From contig NZ_OZ242338.1 of the NCBI RefSeq assembly GCF_965208475.1, positions 449,452-513,451 on the forward strand: a stretch of DNA of 64,000 bases, written 5' to 3'. A model generated the notes under the pieces. That model searched no databases. It was not told the origin of the DNA and worked only from the letters and a program-made list of their open reading frames with translations. The translations under genes were made by a program, and so were the position numbers. Of this stretch, positions 1 to 9,700 are shown in pieces (within the stretch, counting starts at the first letter, position 1; each line of letters starts with the position of its first letter). Source of the stretch: Candidatus Poriferisocius sp. (GTDB lineage: Bacteria; Actinomycetota; Acidimicrobiia; Acidimicrobiales; Bin134).

Positions 1-228
1 GACCGGTATGCCGGCATCGGCCAGTTGGTTCATGTCCCGATGGAAAGCCCGCTTGGCCGCCGGGCCGTTCGCCGGATACCCGGCCGAGTCCTCCCCCCGT
101 GCAATTCCCACCCGGGTGTGCAGTTCCTCGATGGACAAAAAGCGCGGCGTTTCTATCAACGCGGCGATGAGGCGGAGCAAGCGCTCCAGCCTGACCTGCT
201 CGGGCTTTCGGCGACGCCCCTCGACCAT
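1..228 (-). CDS. pafB: PafB/PafC-like HTH transcriptional regulator, N-terminal part only (runs off the window)
   Basis: Not in the ORF track because it is open at the window edge. ATG at 228 is preceded by AAGGAGG. Translation MVEGRRRKPEQVRLERLLRLIAALIETPRFLSIEELH...FHRDMNQLADAGIPV resembles the PafB/PafC N-terminal HTH. It lies directly downstream of pafA, as in mycobacterial pafABC. Confidence 0.55.
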   Translation of the reverse strand, partial: MVEGRRRKPEQVRLERLLRLIAALIETPRFLSIEELHTRVGIARGEDSAGYPANGPAAKRAFHRDMNQLADAGIPV

Positions 229-283
229 CAGCGCGATGCCTCCTTGGGGCGGTCGGCCTGCTGCTCCGGCTTGGGCCTGGCCA

Positions 284-1642
284 TCACAGGGATTCGATCA
301 GCTTCTCGACCCGCTCGTCATGGGCCCGGAACGGGTCCTTGCACAGAACGGTCCGCTGGGCCTGGTCGTTCAGCTTCAAGTGAACCCAGTCCACGGTGTA
401 GTCCCGCTTGCGCTCTTTGGCCCGCCGGATGAACTCGCCGCGGAGTCGGGCCCGGGTGGTGGCCGGCGGGTTCTCTACGGCATGGTTTATCTCGGCGTCC
501 CCGCACATCCGCTCGGTCATGCCCCGGTTCTGCATTCGGTAGAAGAGGCTGCGCGACCGATTCACATCGTGGTACTGGAGGTCTAGCAGGGCCACTCGGG
601 AATCGCTTAAGGCCAGGTCGTGGCGTTGCCGATAGGCCTCGATGAGGTGGTACTTCATCACCCAGTCGCATTCCCGGGCCAAGTTGAGGGGATCGTTGGC
701 TATCTGGGTCAGACAGTGCTCCCACATTTGCAGGGACTGCTTCTCTTGGGGGTCCAGGTCGCGGCTCTCGGCATATTTGAGGGCCCGGTCGAGGTATTCG
801 GACTGGATGTCCAGGGCGCTTACCTCGCGGCCGCTGGCCAAGCGGATGCGGCGGGTGCAGGTCTGGTCATGGCTTATCTCCCGAATGGCCCGAATGGGGT
901 TGTCCAGCGTCATGTCCCGCAGCACCACCGAGGGATCTTCCAGCATTCGCAGCAGAATGCTGGTGGCCCCCGCCTTCAGGAACGTGGCGTACTCGCTCAT
1001 GTTGGAGTCGCCCACGATGACGTGCAGCCGCCGATAGCGCTCGGCATCGGCGTGGGGCTCGTCACGGGTGTTGATAATCGGGCGGGAACGGGTGGTCGCG
1101 CTCGACACCCCCTCCCATATGTGCTCGGCCCGCTGGCTTATGCAGTAGGCAGCCCCCCGGGCGGTCTGGAGCACTTTGCCGGCCCCGGCGTAGATCTGGC
1201 GGCTCACCAAGAAGGGGATCAACACCTCGGCGTACTCGCTGAAATCGTCGCGCCGGCTCGTCAGGTAGTTCTCGTGGCAGCCGTAGCTATTGCCGGCTGA
1301 ATCGGTGTTGTTCTTGAACAGGTAGATGTCGCCCTGGATGCCCTCCTCCCGAAGCCGCAGTTCCGCGCTGTCGATGAGCGTTTCCAGAATGCGCTCGCCA
1401 GCCTTGTCGTGGGCCACCAAGTCGTAGACGGAATCGCACTCCGGCGTGGCGTACTCGGGGTGGGAGCCCACGTCGAGGTACAGCCGGGCGCCGTTGACCA
1501 AGAACACGTTGCTGCTGCGACCCCAGGAAACCACCCGGCGGAACAAGTAGCGGGCCACCTCATCGGGGCTGAGCCGTCGATGGCCCCGAAGCGCGCAGGT
1601 CACGCCGTATTCATTCTCTATCCCGAAGATGCGACGGTCCAT
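284..1642 (-). CDS. pafA: Pup-protein ligase PafA
   Basis: [16 protein letters not shown]..., [36 protein letters not shown] and [28 protein letters not shown] are near-identical to the mycobacterial PafA signature. Located in the pup-proteasome operon. Confidence 0.95.
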   Translation of the reverse strand: MDRRIFGIENEYGVTCALRGHRRLSPDEVARYLFRRVVSWGRSSNVFLVNGARLYLDVGSHPEYATPECDSVYDLVAHDKAGERILETLIDSAELRLREEGIQGDIYLFKNNTDSAGNSYGCHENYLTSRRDDFSEYAEVLIPFLVSRQIYAGAGKVLQTARGAAYCISQRAEHIWEGVSSATTRSRPIINTRDEPHADAERYRRLHVIVGDSNMSEYATFLKAGATSILLRMLEDPSVVLRDMTLDNPIRAIREISHDQTCTRRIRLASGREVSALDIQSEYLDRALKYAESRDLDPQEKQSLQMWEHCLTQIANDPLNLARECDWVMKYHLIEAYRQRHDLALSDSRVALLDLQYHDVNRSRSLFYRMQNRGMTERMCGDAEINHAVENPPATTRARLRGEFIRRAKERKRDYTVDWVHLKLNDQAQRTVLCKDPFRAHDERVEKLIESL

Positions 1643-1680
1643 GACTACTGGTTCTCTATCCCGAAGATGCGACGGTCCAT
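1614..1680. repeat. Perfect 29-bp direct repeat (1614-1642 and 1652-1680) duplicating the pafA 5' end
   Basis: TTCTCTATCCCGAAGATGCGACGGTCCAT occurs twice, period 38. Confidence 0.95.
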
Positions 1681-2357
1681 CAGCTCAGCAGCCCGGCCAA
1701 CTCGTCGCCCTCGATCCTCTGGAACGCCCGCCGACCGGTTTCGCGCACCAGGATGGCCACCTCCAGGTCATCGGCCGCAAACGTCCGCTCCTGTCCCGCC
1801 AGCGCGGCCGCCGCGGCCCTGATCGCCTCACCCCTGTCCCATTCCCCGTTGTAGCCCTGGCCCAGCCGCTCGGCGATGGAGTCAGCCTCGCCTCCCAGCA
1901 CGGTGTAGCCGGACTCGTCGTTCACCGTGCCGTCGTAGAGGACGTGGAACATCTGGTCGCCGCGGGGCTCCGGCGCCACCTCGGCCACCAGGATCTCCAC
2001 CTCCATGGGCTTCATCTCATGGGTGAAGGTCTGGCCCAGCACTTGGGCGTACTGGTTGGCCAGGCTCCGGGCGTCCACGTCCTCGCGGCTATAGGTGTAA
2101 CCCTTGAGGTCGGCATGGCGAACCCCGGCGATGCGAAGCTGGTCGAACTCGTTGTAGCGGCCCACACCGGCGAACGCGATGCGGTCGTAGATCTCGCTCA
2201 CCTTGCGCAGCGTGTTGGACTGGTTCTCGGCGCAGATCACGATTCCGTCCTGCACGCTGAGCGCGGTCAGGGCCCGGCCTCGGGCTATGCCCTTGCGGGC
2301 GAAGTCGGCCCGATCCTTCATCAGCTGCTCGGGGGCGACGTAGAAGGGCATGGTCAC
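1680..2357 (-). CDS. prcA: 20S proteasome alpha subunit
   Basis: [27 protein letters not shown]...[19 protein letters not shown] matches actinobacterial PrcA. Follows prcB. Confidence 0.95.
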   Translation of the reverse strand: MTMPFYVAPEQLMKDRADFARKGIARGRALTALSVQDGIVICAENQSNTLRKVSEIYDRIAFAGVGRYNEFDQLRIAGVRHADLKGYTYSREDVDARSLANQYAQVLGQTFTHEMKPMEVEILVAEVAPEPRGDQMFHVLYDGTVNDESGYTVLGGEADSIAERLGQGYNGEWDRGEAIRAAAAALAGQERTFAADDLEVAILVRETGRRAFQRIEGDELAGLLS

Positions 2358-2397
2358 TGTGAATCACCTCTGCAATTCCCGAGACCGGCCAAAACGG

Positions 2398-3195
2398 TCA
2401 TGAAGCACCCCCACTGGTCTCCAAGCTGGCCAACAGGTCGCGAAAGCGCGCTTCTACGTCGGCATCGGCCACTCGGTCGAATCCGTCGGCGCCGATGACC
2501 GCCACCACCGGGTAGATGCCCCGCACCAGATCAGGGCCGCCGGTGGCGGAGTCCTCCTCAGCGGTGCGGAACAGGGCCGACACCGCCAGGTCGATCATCT
2601 CATCGGCATCGGCATCGGGCCGGTATCCCAGCTTGATGACCGTTCCCGCGTGAAGGCTCCCCGAACCTCCCACCGCATACTCCCGCTCCTCGTAGCGGCC
2701 CCCGGTCAAGTCGTACTGGAACAGGCGACCGATTTCGCGGGGCCTGTCATAGCCGGCGAACAGCGGGACCACGGCAAATCCCTGCATGGCTGCCGGCAGG
2801 TTGTTCCGAACCATCATGCCCAGCTGATTGGCTTTGCCGTCCAGGCTGAGAGCCTTGCCCTCCACTTTCTCGTAGTGCTCTAGTTGCAGTTGGAACAGCC
2901 GGACCATCTCCATGGCCGGCCCGGCGGCCCCGGCGATGGCCACCCCGGAATAGCGGTCGGCGGGGAACACTTTCTCGATGGTCCGATGGCTGATGAGGTG
3001 CCCAGCGGTGGCCCGGCGGTCTCCTGCCATAACCACTCCCTGTCGGCAGCGGATGGCCACCACCGTGGTGGCGTGGGCTGTGGCCCTGTCGGGCGCCGGG
3101 GCATCGGGCACCGGCGGGGCAAGTCCGGCGGAGCGCAGCAACGCCGCGAAGTTGGGGCCAGGGTCGCCCCCGGCTTCGAAGAGGGGCAGCGTCAC
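2398..3195 (-). CDS. prcB: 20S proteasome beta subunit (with propeptide)
   Basis: N-terminal propeptide followed by the HA/TTVVAIRC active-site Thr context. Ntn-hydrolase beta-subunit pattern. Sits between pup and prcA. Confidence 0.95.
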   Translation of the reverse strand: MTLPLFEAGGDPGPNFAALLRSAGLAPPVPDAPAPDRATAHATTVVAIRCRQGVVMAGDRRATAGHLISHRTIEKVFPADRYSGVAIAGAAGPAMEMVRLFQLQLEHYEKVEGKALSLDGKANQLGMMVRNNLPAAMQGFAVVPLFAGYDRPREIGRLFQYDLTGGRYEEREYAVGGSGSLHAGTVIKLGYRPDADADEMIDLAVSALFRTAEEDSATGGPDLVRGIYPVVAVIGADGFDRVADADVEARFRDLLASLETSGGAS

Positions 3196-3211
3196 AGTGG
3201 GCAGACTACCG

Positions 3212-3406
3212 CTACTGGCCGCCCTTTTGGATATAGGACTTCACAAAGTCCTCGGCGTTGGACTCCAGCACCTCGTCGATCTCGTCCAACAGCTCGTCGA
3301 GCTCGGCCTTCAACTCCTCGCCCTGCCCCGAGACCGCCTGAGCGTCTTCGACATCAGACTGCTCTCGTTGAGGTGCGGGTCTTCTGATTTGCTCTCTCTC
3401 CGCCAT
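3212..3406 (-). CDS. pup: Prokaryotic ubiquitin-like protein Pup
   Basis: 64 aa, acidic and disordered, with the C-terminal ...YIQKGGQ (GGQ end implies Dop deamidation before ligation). Canonical position upstream of prcB. Confidence 0.92.
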   Translation of the reverse strand: MAEREQIRRPAPQREQSDVEDAQAVSGQGEELKAELDELLDEIDEVLESNAEDFVKSYIQKGGQ

Positions 3407-3496
3407 CTCTTCCCCTCAAGGGTGGGTGCGTGCCGATCACGATATCGCACTCTCCCCGATGCGGCTACAACCCGACGGGAAGACAGATTGCCGGGA

Positions 3497-3590
3497 TGCC
3501 CTAGCGCGAGCTCGGCTCCCCCAAGCGGTTCAGCTTCGGGTTCGGTTGCAAGTTGCCCTAGCGCGAGCTCGGCTCCCCCAAGCGGTTCAG
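3497..3590. repeat. Perfect 37-bp direct repeat (3497-3533 and 3554-3590) duplicating the dop 3' end including the stop
   Basis: TGCCCTAGCGCGAGCTCGGCTCCCCCAAGCGGTTCAG occurs twice, period 57. Confidence 0.95.
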
Positions 3591-5102
3591 GAGATCGGCG
3601 GCGGTGTCGGCTCGGGCCAGAAGGTCGTGGACATGGTCGGCCGTGCCCTTGGTGGGCTCCATCATGGGCACCCGGCGGAGCGGCTCGTCGCCCACGTCGA
3701 ACACCATCGAATCCCAGTTGGCGGCAACGATGCTGGGCGCCCACCGCTTGAGGCACTGGCCTCGGAAGTAGGCTCGGGTGTCTGTCGGCGGATCGGAGAT
3801 AGCCGCTCGGGCCTCTCGGGCCGGCACCAGGGTCTCCAGCCCCACTCGGGCAGCCACCGAGCGCTCTGGCCGCAAGTCGTGGTATTGGAGGTCGAGCGCG
3901 GCCAGTCGGGCGTCATCGGGCCGCAGGCCATGGCGCTGGGCCAAGCCCCGCACCAGCTGGTACTTGGCCACCCAGTCGAGTTGGCGGGCCAGGCTCATGG
4001 GGTCGGCCTCCAAACCGGTCAAGACCTGCTCCCATCGGTCGATCACCATGTCGCCCACCGGGCCGCCCACCGCGTCCAGCCCGTGGCTGTCGGCGTACTT
4101 GCGGGCCTGGTCCAGCAGATCCCACTGGACATCCAGCGCGGTGACGGTAGTTCCGTCGAGAAGCTCCAGCGCCTTGGTCAGGCTCAGGTCGTAGGACACC
4201 TGTCGCATGGCCGGCACCGGTGTCCGGAAGCGGAACTCCCGGGGCAATACGTTGTCCTCCACCATGGCCAAGACGATGGCGGTGGTCCCCACCTTGAGGA
4301 AGGTGGCCACCTCCGACATGTTCGCGTCTCCGGCGATGACGTGCAGGCGGCGGTAGAGCCGGGCATCGGCATGGGGCTCGTCCCGGGTGTTGATGATCGG
4401 CCGCTTCAGCGTGGTCTCCAAGCCCACCTCCTCCTCGAAGAAGTCCGCCCGCTGGGTGATCTGAAACGGAATCTCCGCAGTGGTGAGGCCGGGTGCCTCA
4501 GAGCCCACCTTGCCCGAGCCGGTGAAGATCTGGCGGGTCACCAGGTGAGCAGTGGCGTGGACCACGATATGGGAGAAGGGGGTGGCGCGGGCCATGAGGT
4601 AGTTCTCGTGGCAGCCGTAGCTGTTGCCCTTGCCGTCGGAGTTGTTCTTGTACACCACCAGCTCCTGGCCTGGGGGCAGGACCCGGGCGGCCGACTCCAT
4701 TGAGCGCATCAGAATCAACTCGGCCGCCTTGTCGTAGCGGGTCACATCCAGGGCGTTGCTGCACTCGGGGGTGGACAGCTCGGGATGGGCGTGGTCTACG
4801 TAATAGCGGGCCCCGTTGGTGAGCACGGCGTTCACCAGGTGGGTCTCGATCTCGGGGGCCAGCGATCCCAGGGGGGCGATGCCCCGGATGTCGTTGCCGG
4901 GCATCTCGTCTTCGAAATCCCAGGACACCCCGGATGCAGGCCCTCCCTCGCCGGTGCGCTCCACTTCCGACAGGTAGGAGTTGATGAGCAGAGAAGAAGC
5001 GGTGATCGGGTTGGAGTCCTCGGTGCCGGTGTGCGCGATCCCGAACTCGGTCTCAATGCCGCAGATCTTGGGAACGGACATGGCTGGCACGCTACCCGAC
5101 AT
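3558..5102 (-). CDS. dop: Pup deamidase/depupylase Dop
   Basis: [76 protein letters not shown] and PPTDTRAYFRGQCL resemble Dop rather than PafA. Confidence 0.93.
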   Translation of the reverse strand: MSGSVPAMSVPKICGIETEFGIAHTGTEDSNPITASSLLINSYLSEVERTGEGGPASGVSWDFEDEMPGNDIRGIAPLGSLAPEIETHLVNAVLTNGARYYVDHAHPELSTPECSNALDVTRYDKAAELILMRSMESAARVLPPGQELVVYKNNSDGKGNSYGCHENYLMARATPFSHIVVHATAHLVTRQIFTGSGKVGSEAPGLTTAEIPFQITQRADFFEEEVGLETTLKRPIINTRDEPHADARLYRRLHVIAGDANMSEVATFLKVGTTAIVLAMVEDNVLPREFRFRTPVPAMRQVSYDLSLTKALELLDGTTVTALDVQWDLLDQARKYADSHGLDAVGGPVGDMVIDRWEQVLTGLEADPMSLARQLDWVAKYQLVRGLAQRHGLRPDDARLAALDLQYHDLRPERSVAARVGLETLVPAREARAAISDPPTDTRAYFRGQCLKRWAPSIVAANWDSMVFDVGDEPLRRVPMMEPTKGTADHVHDLLARADTAADLLNRLGEPSSR

Positions 5103-5129
5103 GAGTGGGAATGCCGGCGGTTATCGGAT

Positions 5130-6890
5130 TCAGAGGTATTGGCCGGGGCCGACCCCCTCGATGGAGCGCCCGCCCTGGTTTGTCTCCTCGCTGGACAAAA
5201 GCGTGCGGACAAAAACGATCCGCTCCCCCTTCTTGCCCGAAATCTTGGCCCAGTCGTCGGGGTTCGTGGTGTTGGGCAGGTCCTCATGCTCGCGGTATTC
5301 CTGGTACACCGACTCCAACAGGTCGTTGATGCGGATGCCCGGCGCCCCTCCGGCAATGGAGCGCTTGATGGCCAGCTTCTTGGCCCGCCGCACCACGTTC
5401 TCGATCATGGCGCCGGAGGCGAAGTCCTTGAAGTACATGATCTCCTTGTCGCCGTTCTGGTAGGTCACCTCCAAGAACTGGTTGCGCTCCTCCTCCGAGA
5501 ACATCTCGACCACGGTCTGCTCGACCATGGCCTGGATCGCCTTGTCCGGGTCACCTCCGCCCAGTCCTTCCACCATCTCGGCGGCGATGGGCACCTCGGT
5601 GGTGAGATAACGGGCGAAGATGGCGCCGGCGGCGTCGGCGTCGGGACGCTGGATCTTGATCTTCACGTCCAGGCGCCCTGGTCTCAGGATGGCGGGATCG
5701 ATGAGGTCTTCCCGGTTGGAGGCCCCGATCACGATCACGTTGCGCAGCGCCTCCACCCCGTCGATCTCGGCTAGGAGCTGGGGGACCACGGTGGACTCCA
5801 TGTCGGAGCTGATGCCGGTGCCCCGAGTGCGGAACAAAGACTCCATCTCGTCGAAGAACACGATGACAGGCCAACCCTCGGCCGACTTCTCCCGGGCCCG
5901 CTGGAACACCAACCGGATCTGGCGCTCGGTCTCGCCGACGTACTTGTTCAAGAGCTCAGGGCCTTTGATGTTGAAGAAGTAGGAGCGGGCCTCCCGATCT
6001 GAGTTGATCTCGGAGACCTTGCCGGCCAAGGAGTTGGCCACCGCCTTGGCGATCAGGGTCTTGCCGCAGCCGGGAGGGCCGTAGAGGAGAATGCCCTTCG
6101 GGGCGGGAAGCTGGTATTCGGCGAACAATTCCTGGTGCATGAAGGGCAGTTCCACCGCGTCGGTGATCTGCTCGATCTGCTCGTCAAGTCCTCCGACCTG
6201 CTCGTAGGTGACGTCGGGCACTTCTTCCAGCACCAGATCTTCCACTTCGGGTCGGGGCAGCCGCTCGACGAGCAGCCCTGAACGGGAGTCCATCAGCGCG
6301 GTGTCGCCGCTGTTCAACGGCTGATCGGCCAGCTCCGCGGCCAACTCCACCACCCGCTCCTCGTCGGCCCGACCGACGATGATCGCCCGTCGGCCGCAGC
6401 TCAGCACCTCTTTGACGGTCACCACCTCGCCGGTGCCATCGCCCACCCGGGACAGCACCACGTTCAGCGATTCGTTCAGAACCACCTCTTGGCCTCGACG
6501 CAGTTCATCGGCCGCAATCTCCGGGTGCAGCGCGACCCGCATCTTGCGCCCCCCGGAGAACACGTCGACCGTGTTGTCGTCGTTGTGGCCCAAGAACGCT
6601 CCGTACGCCGATGGCGGTTGGGTGAGCTTGTCCACCTCGTCGCGCAGAGCGGAGATGTGCTCGCGGGCCTCGCGCAGGGTGTAGGTGAGTTTCTCGTTCT
6701 GGGAGACGGCCTTGGCCAGCTGTCCTTTGGTTTCCAGCAGCCGCTCCTCCAAGGTGCGAACCCGCTTGGGAGCATCTTGAAGCCGTTGGCGGAGGGCAGC
6801 CACCTCATTCTCCAGCGCCGCCACCTGCTCAGCCCAAGGAATCTCCTCGGCTGGCCTCTCCTCGTCCGCTGTGGCGTTGCCCTGTGCCAT
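5130..6890 (-). CDS. arc: Proteasome-associated AAA ATPase (ARC/Mpa)
   Basis: N-terminal coiled coil, Walker A GPPGCGKT, Walker [11 protein letters not shown], and a C-terminal GPGQYL proteasome-docking tail. Confidence 0.95.
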   Translation of the reverse strand: MAQGNATADEERPAEEIPWAEQVAALENEVAALRQRLQDAPKRVRTLEERLLETKGQLAKAVSQNEKLTYTLREAREHISALRDEVDKLTQPPSAYGAFLGHNDDNTVDVFSGGRKMRVALHPEIAADELRRGQEVVLNESLNVVLSRVGDGTGEVVTVKEVLSCGRRAIIVGRADEERVVELAAELADQPLNSGDTALMDSRSGLLVERLPRPEVEDLVLEEVPDVTYEQVGGLDEQIEQITDAVELPFMHQELFAEYQLPAPKGILLYGPPGCGKTLIAKAVANSLAGKVSEINSDREARSYFFNIKGPELLNKYVGETERQIRLVFQRAREKSAEGWPVIVFFDEMESLFRTRGTGISSDMESTVVPQLLAEIDGVEALRNVIVIGASNREDLIDPAILRPGRLDVKIKIQRPDADAAGAIFARYLTTEVPIAAEMVEGLGGGDPDKAIQAMVEQTVVEMFSEEERNQFLEVTYQNGDKEIMYFKDFASGAMIENVVRRAKKLAIKRSIAGGAPGIRINDLLESVYQEYREHEDLPNTTNPDDWAKISGKKGERIVFVRTLLSSEETNQGGRSIEGVGPGQYL

Positions 6891-7072
6891 ATCCCCCGAC
6901 TCTATACGCCCCCAGCAAAATAGCCGTTGCGCAAATGCGAGCTGACTTCAGGCCCTCCGAGAGGAATTTCCGCCGCACAGCAGAGATCGCCCTCAGGTCG
7001 GTTACACTCTAGGCACCCCCAGCGTCTACCATTCCCGGCGTCCGCCATTCGTCACGAAAGGGCTCTGCACCG

Positions 7073-7312
7073 ATGCAAATGAAGGTCTGGATCGATCAGG
7101 ATCTCTGCACTGGTGACGGTCTCTGCGAGGAGATCGCCCCCGATGTATTCACGTTGCTCGACGACGGTCTGGCCTACGTGAAAGAGGGCGACACGGTATT
7201 CAGCGAGCCGGGCGGGGTCGAGGGGCTGGCCATCGTGCCCGAGGGCCAGGAAGAGGCCACCATCGAATCGGCCGAGGAATGCCCTGGGGAGTGCATCTTC
7301 ATCGAGGTCTGA
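7073..7312 (+). CDS. Small ferredoxin (single Fe-S cluster type)
   Basis: 79 aa with CTGDGLC...CP(GEC) cysteine spacing typical of actinobacterial 3Fe-4S/4Fe-4S ferredoxins. Confidence 0.85.
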   Translation: MQMKVWIDQDLCTGDGLCEEIAPDVFTLLDDGLAYVKEGDTVFSEPGGVEGLAIVPEGQEEATIESAEECPGECIFIEV

Positions 7313-7331
7313 GCTCCATCCACTGAGCTCC

Positions 7332-7394
7332 GCCGCTAGCCGGCGAGCCTGCGGGGTGGCCGAGTCCTCTGCCGCTAGCCGGCGAGCCTGCGGG
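7332..7394. repeat. Perfect 24-bp direct repeat (7332-7355 and 7371-7394) duplicating the trmI 3' end including the stop
   Basis: GCCGCTAGCCGGCGAGCCTGCGGG occurs twice, period 39. Confidence 0.95.
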
Positions 7395-8148
7395 CGGTGG
7401 TAACGAACCCGGTGTGTCCTACCATTCGGTGCTCGGGTCTGACCGCGTCTTCTTTGATGTGCCAGCCACGGTGCAGTATCTCCACTGTGGACGCCGCCGC
7501 CCAGGGCCCGGCCTCGCAGGCCTCCCTTAGCTGCACGGCCTGCACAATGCTCGGGGTATAGGCGGCCAGGATGCCGCCGGGATGCAGCGAGGCGGCCGCG
7601 TGGGGCACAACCTTCCAGGGCTCGGGCAAGTCCAGCACCACCCGGTCCAGTTCATTGGCGTCGATCCCCAGGGAGCAATCCCGGATCTCCAATTGGTAGC
7701 GCTCGGAGACATCTGATCCCAGAAAGGCCTTCACATTCTCCTCTGCTCGCTGGGCAAAGTCCTCCCTGATCTCATAGCCCAGCACCATCGCCCCGGCCCT
7801 TAGCAGGCTCATCGACAGAGCCCCCGATCCCACGCCCGACTCCAGCACCCGAGCACCGGGGAACACATCGGCCAGCATCATGATGGCCGCGCTGTCCTTG
7901 GGGTACACCACCTGCGCCCCCCGGGGCATCTTCAGCACATAGTCGCGGAGGGTGGGGCGCCAAACGGTCAGTTCGGCATTTCGGGTCGTGCGCACCTGAA
8001 TGCCCTCGGTGCTGCCGATCAGCGCATCGTGGGCCACCGAACCCGCGTGAGTGTGGAATTCACGGCCCTCGGCCAGCGTCACCAGATAGCGGCGGCCCTT
8101 CCGGTCGGTGAGCAGCACCAATTCGCCGGCTTGGAGCGTCCGGCTCAT
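7375..8148 (-). CDS. trmI: tRNA (adenine58-N1)-methyltransferase
   Basis: GCD14/TrmI pattern: small N-terminal beta domain, then the SAM motif VLESGVGSGALS. Same position next to arc as in mycobacteria. Confidence 0.88.
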   Translation of the reverse strand: MSRTLQAGELVLLTDRKGRRYLVTLAEGREFHTHAGSVAHDALIGSTEGIQVRTTRNAELTVWRPTLRDYVLKMPRGAQVVYPKDSAAIMMLADVFPGARVLESGVGSGALSMSLLRAGAMVLGYEIREDFAQRAEENVKAFLGSDVSERYQLEIRDCSLGIDANELDRVVLDLPEPWKVVPHAAASLHPGGILAAYTPSIVQAVQLREACEAGPWAAASTVEILHRGWHIKEDAVRPEHRMVGHTGFVTTARRLAG

Positions 8149-8408
8149 CCGGTCGATCGGGATGGGGCGTTTCGGGTCGCCGAATCAGGAGGCGCCTTCC
8201 TGGGTTGGTCGGGCAGATGGGAGATGAGCAGGCTTTCGCCGGGGCGCAGCTCATCGGTCAGCACAGCTCGCAGGCGGCGGGTGCCGGCCATTCGGGTCAA
8301 CAGGCGCAACCCCCAGGCCACACCGCCCACCACGAGCCATGCCCGGCTTCCGCCCGCCACGCCGCGCCGGATGGCTTGTCGGCGCAAATATCCCAGCGGG
8401 TCCGGCAT
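8145..8408 (-). CDS. Hypothetical small protein
   Basis: Internal ATG (8408) of track ORF 8145..8585. Its stop overlaps the trmI ATG in ATGA (8145-8148), suggesting translational coupling. No recognisable family. Confidence 0.4.
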   Translation of the reverse strand: MPDPLGYLRRQAIRRGVAGGSRAWLVVGGVAWGLRLLTRMAGTRRLRAVLTDELRPGESLLISHLPDQPRKAPPDSATRNAPSRSTG

Positions 8409-8421
8409 CTTCCCCGCCCGA

Positions 8422-8649
8422 TCAGACCCGGCGAACTTCGACCACGGTCCGGCCGGCCCGACCGCGCCGCCGACCCAGCAGGAAAGCCAAAACCACCAGA
8501 ACCGCCACGGTGCCAATGCCCACGGCCAGCATCGGAGCGCGTGCCGCGTCGGCGGTGTGGTCCAGGCTGGTCTTGAGGTCTTCAAACTTTGCCCGGATAT
8601 CGTCTCTGTCGATCGGCTCGGGTTCCATGTCCATGTCCATGTCGCTCAT
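8422..8649 (-). CDS. Hypothetical membrane-anchored small protein
   Basis: 75 aa with an acidic N-terminus (MSDMDMDMEPEP), one TM helix (MLAVGIGTVAVLVVLAFLL) and a basic tail. Its start overlaps the upstream stop by 4 nt. Confidence 0.5.
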   Translation of the reverse strand: MSDMDMDMEPEPIDRDDIRAKFEDLKTSLDHTADAARAPMLAVGIGTVAVLVVLAFLLGRRRGRAGRTVVEVRRV

Positions 8650-9002
8650 GAGCGGCCTCCTCTAGATGTGCGGGTCTTGGCGGCCACCAGCACTGCCAGC
8701 ACCACGAGCAGTCCGACGAGCACCACCAGATAGGGCAGGGGGCTCATGTTTCCGTCGAACACCCCGGAAGCCTCGGCCTGGAGCAGGCGCAATCCGGCTA
8801 TGGCCAAGAAAACCAGCCCCACGCCTATGCTCAGCGCGCCCAGAAGGCCGAGCTTCAGCGTTCTTCCGAGCTGAGACAGCGGCGACACGATCTCCTGGCG
8901 GGCGTAGTCGATGAGCAGTGTCTTCAATTCGGCGGCCACTTTGGCCGGCGGGTTGTCCTCTTGGGCGTTGTTCGAGCGGTTGGGCACGGCTTCCTCCTGC
9001 AA
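8646..9002 (-). CDS. Two-TM membrane protein, Holin-X/DUF1469-like (tentative)
   Basis: 118 aa with an amphipathic N-terminal region, then two hydrophobic helices (LLGALSIGVGLVFLAIAGL; LPYLVVLVGLLVVLAVLVAA). Architecture resembles the actinobacterial Holin-X family; not verified. Confidence 0.45.
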   Translation of the reverse strand: MQEEAVPNRSNNAQEDNPPAKVAAELKTLLIDYARQEIVSPLSQLGRTLKLGLLGALSIGVGLVFLAIAGLRLLQAEASGVFDGNMSPLPYLVVLVGLLVVLAVLVAAKTRTSRGGRS

Positions 9003-9029
9003 TCGATCAGCCTATCCCGGCGGCTTCCA

Positions 9030-9674
9030 CTACCCCATCTCGATTCGGGCTCGGATGACCTTCTCGGCGTCGTCGAGGAGATCGGCCAGCAGGCTCAAAC
9101 GGCGGGCCGCGCCGTCGGCGGTCAACAGCCTCTGCCGGTCCAGCGGTCCGCTGGGAGACAGGGCAGCTAGCTGCCATATGGCGGTCGCGGGGTCTTCGGA
9201 CACCTCGAAGGTGGCCGGTGGACCTGTCGCTCCCAATTCCGACTGCAAGGCCAGCACTCGGCGCGACATAGCGGTTACCGGAGGCAGGTTGGCGGCAATC
9301 TCCGCCCCGTCGCCGCCTTCTTCGGCGGCATCGGGCCAGTCTTGGACCTCGGCCCGGGGGTAGGGATCGTCTTCCAGCCAACGGGAAACCCGAATTCGGC
9401 GCGCCCCGGCGGCAACCAGACCCCACCGCCCGTCGGGAAACTCCCGGGCGTCGATGATCTTGGCTGCGGTTCCCGCGTCGGTGCGGACGTCGCCACCGCC
9501 CACCTCGCTGCCCCGCGCGATGAGCACTACGCCGAACTCACTGCCCCTTTCCATGCAATCCCTGGTCATCAGTCGGTAGCGGGGTTCGAACACATGGATC
9601 GGCACGACCATCGTGGGCATCAGCACCATTCCCAGAGGAAACATGGCCATGGCGGCCGTCTCGGTCGCAGTCAT
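9030..9674 (-). CDS. LON N-terminal (substrate-binding) domain protein
   Basis: FPLGMVLMPTMVVPIHVFEPRYRLM is the LON_substr_bdg signature. There is no AAA or protease domain. Confidence 0.8.
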   Translation of the reverse strand: MTATETAAMAMFPLGMVLMPTMVVPIHVFEPRYRLMTRDCMERGSEFGVVLIARGSEVGGGDVRTDAGTAAKIIDAREFPDGRWGLVAAGARRIRVSRWLEDDPYPRAEVQDWPDAAEEGGDGAEIAANLPPVTAMSRRVLALQSELGATGPPATFEVSEDPATAIWQLAALSPSGPLDRQRLLTADGAARRLSLLADLLDDAEKVIRARIEMG

Positions 9675-9700
9675 TCAAACGGGGTCTTTTTCGGTTCCGG

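Noticed and set aside
3497-3590. CRISPR-like array (a 37-bp repeat with a 20-bp spacer).
   Set aside because: There are only two copies, one copy is the coding 3' end of dop, the spacer is too short, and there are no cas genes. It belongs to the terminus-duplication class.
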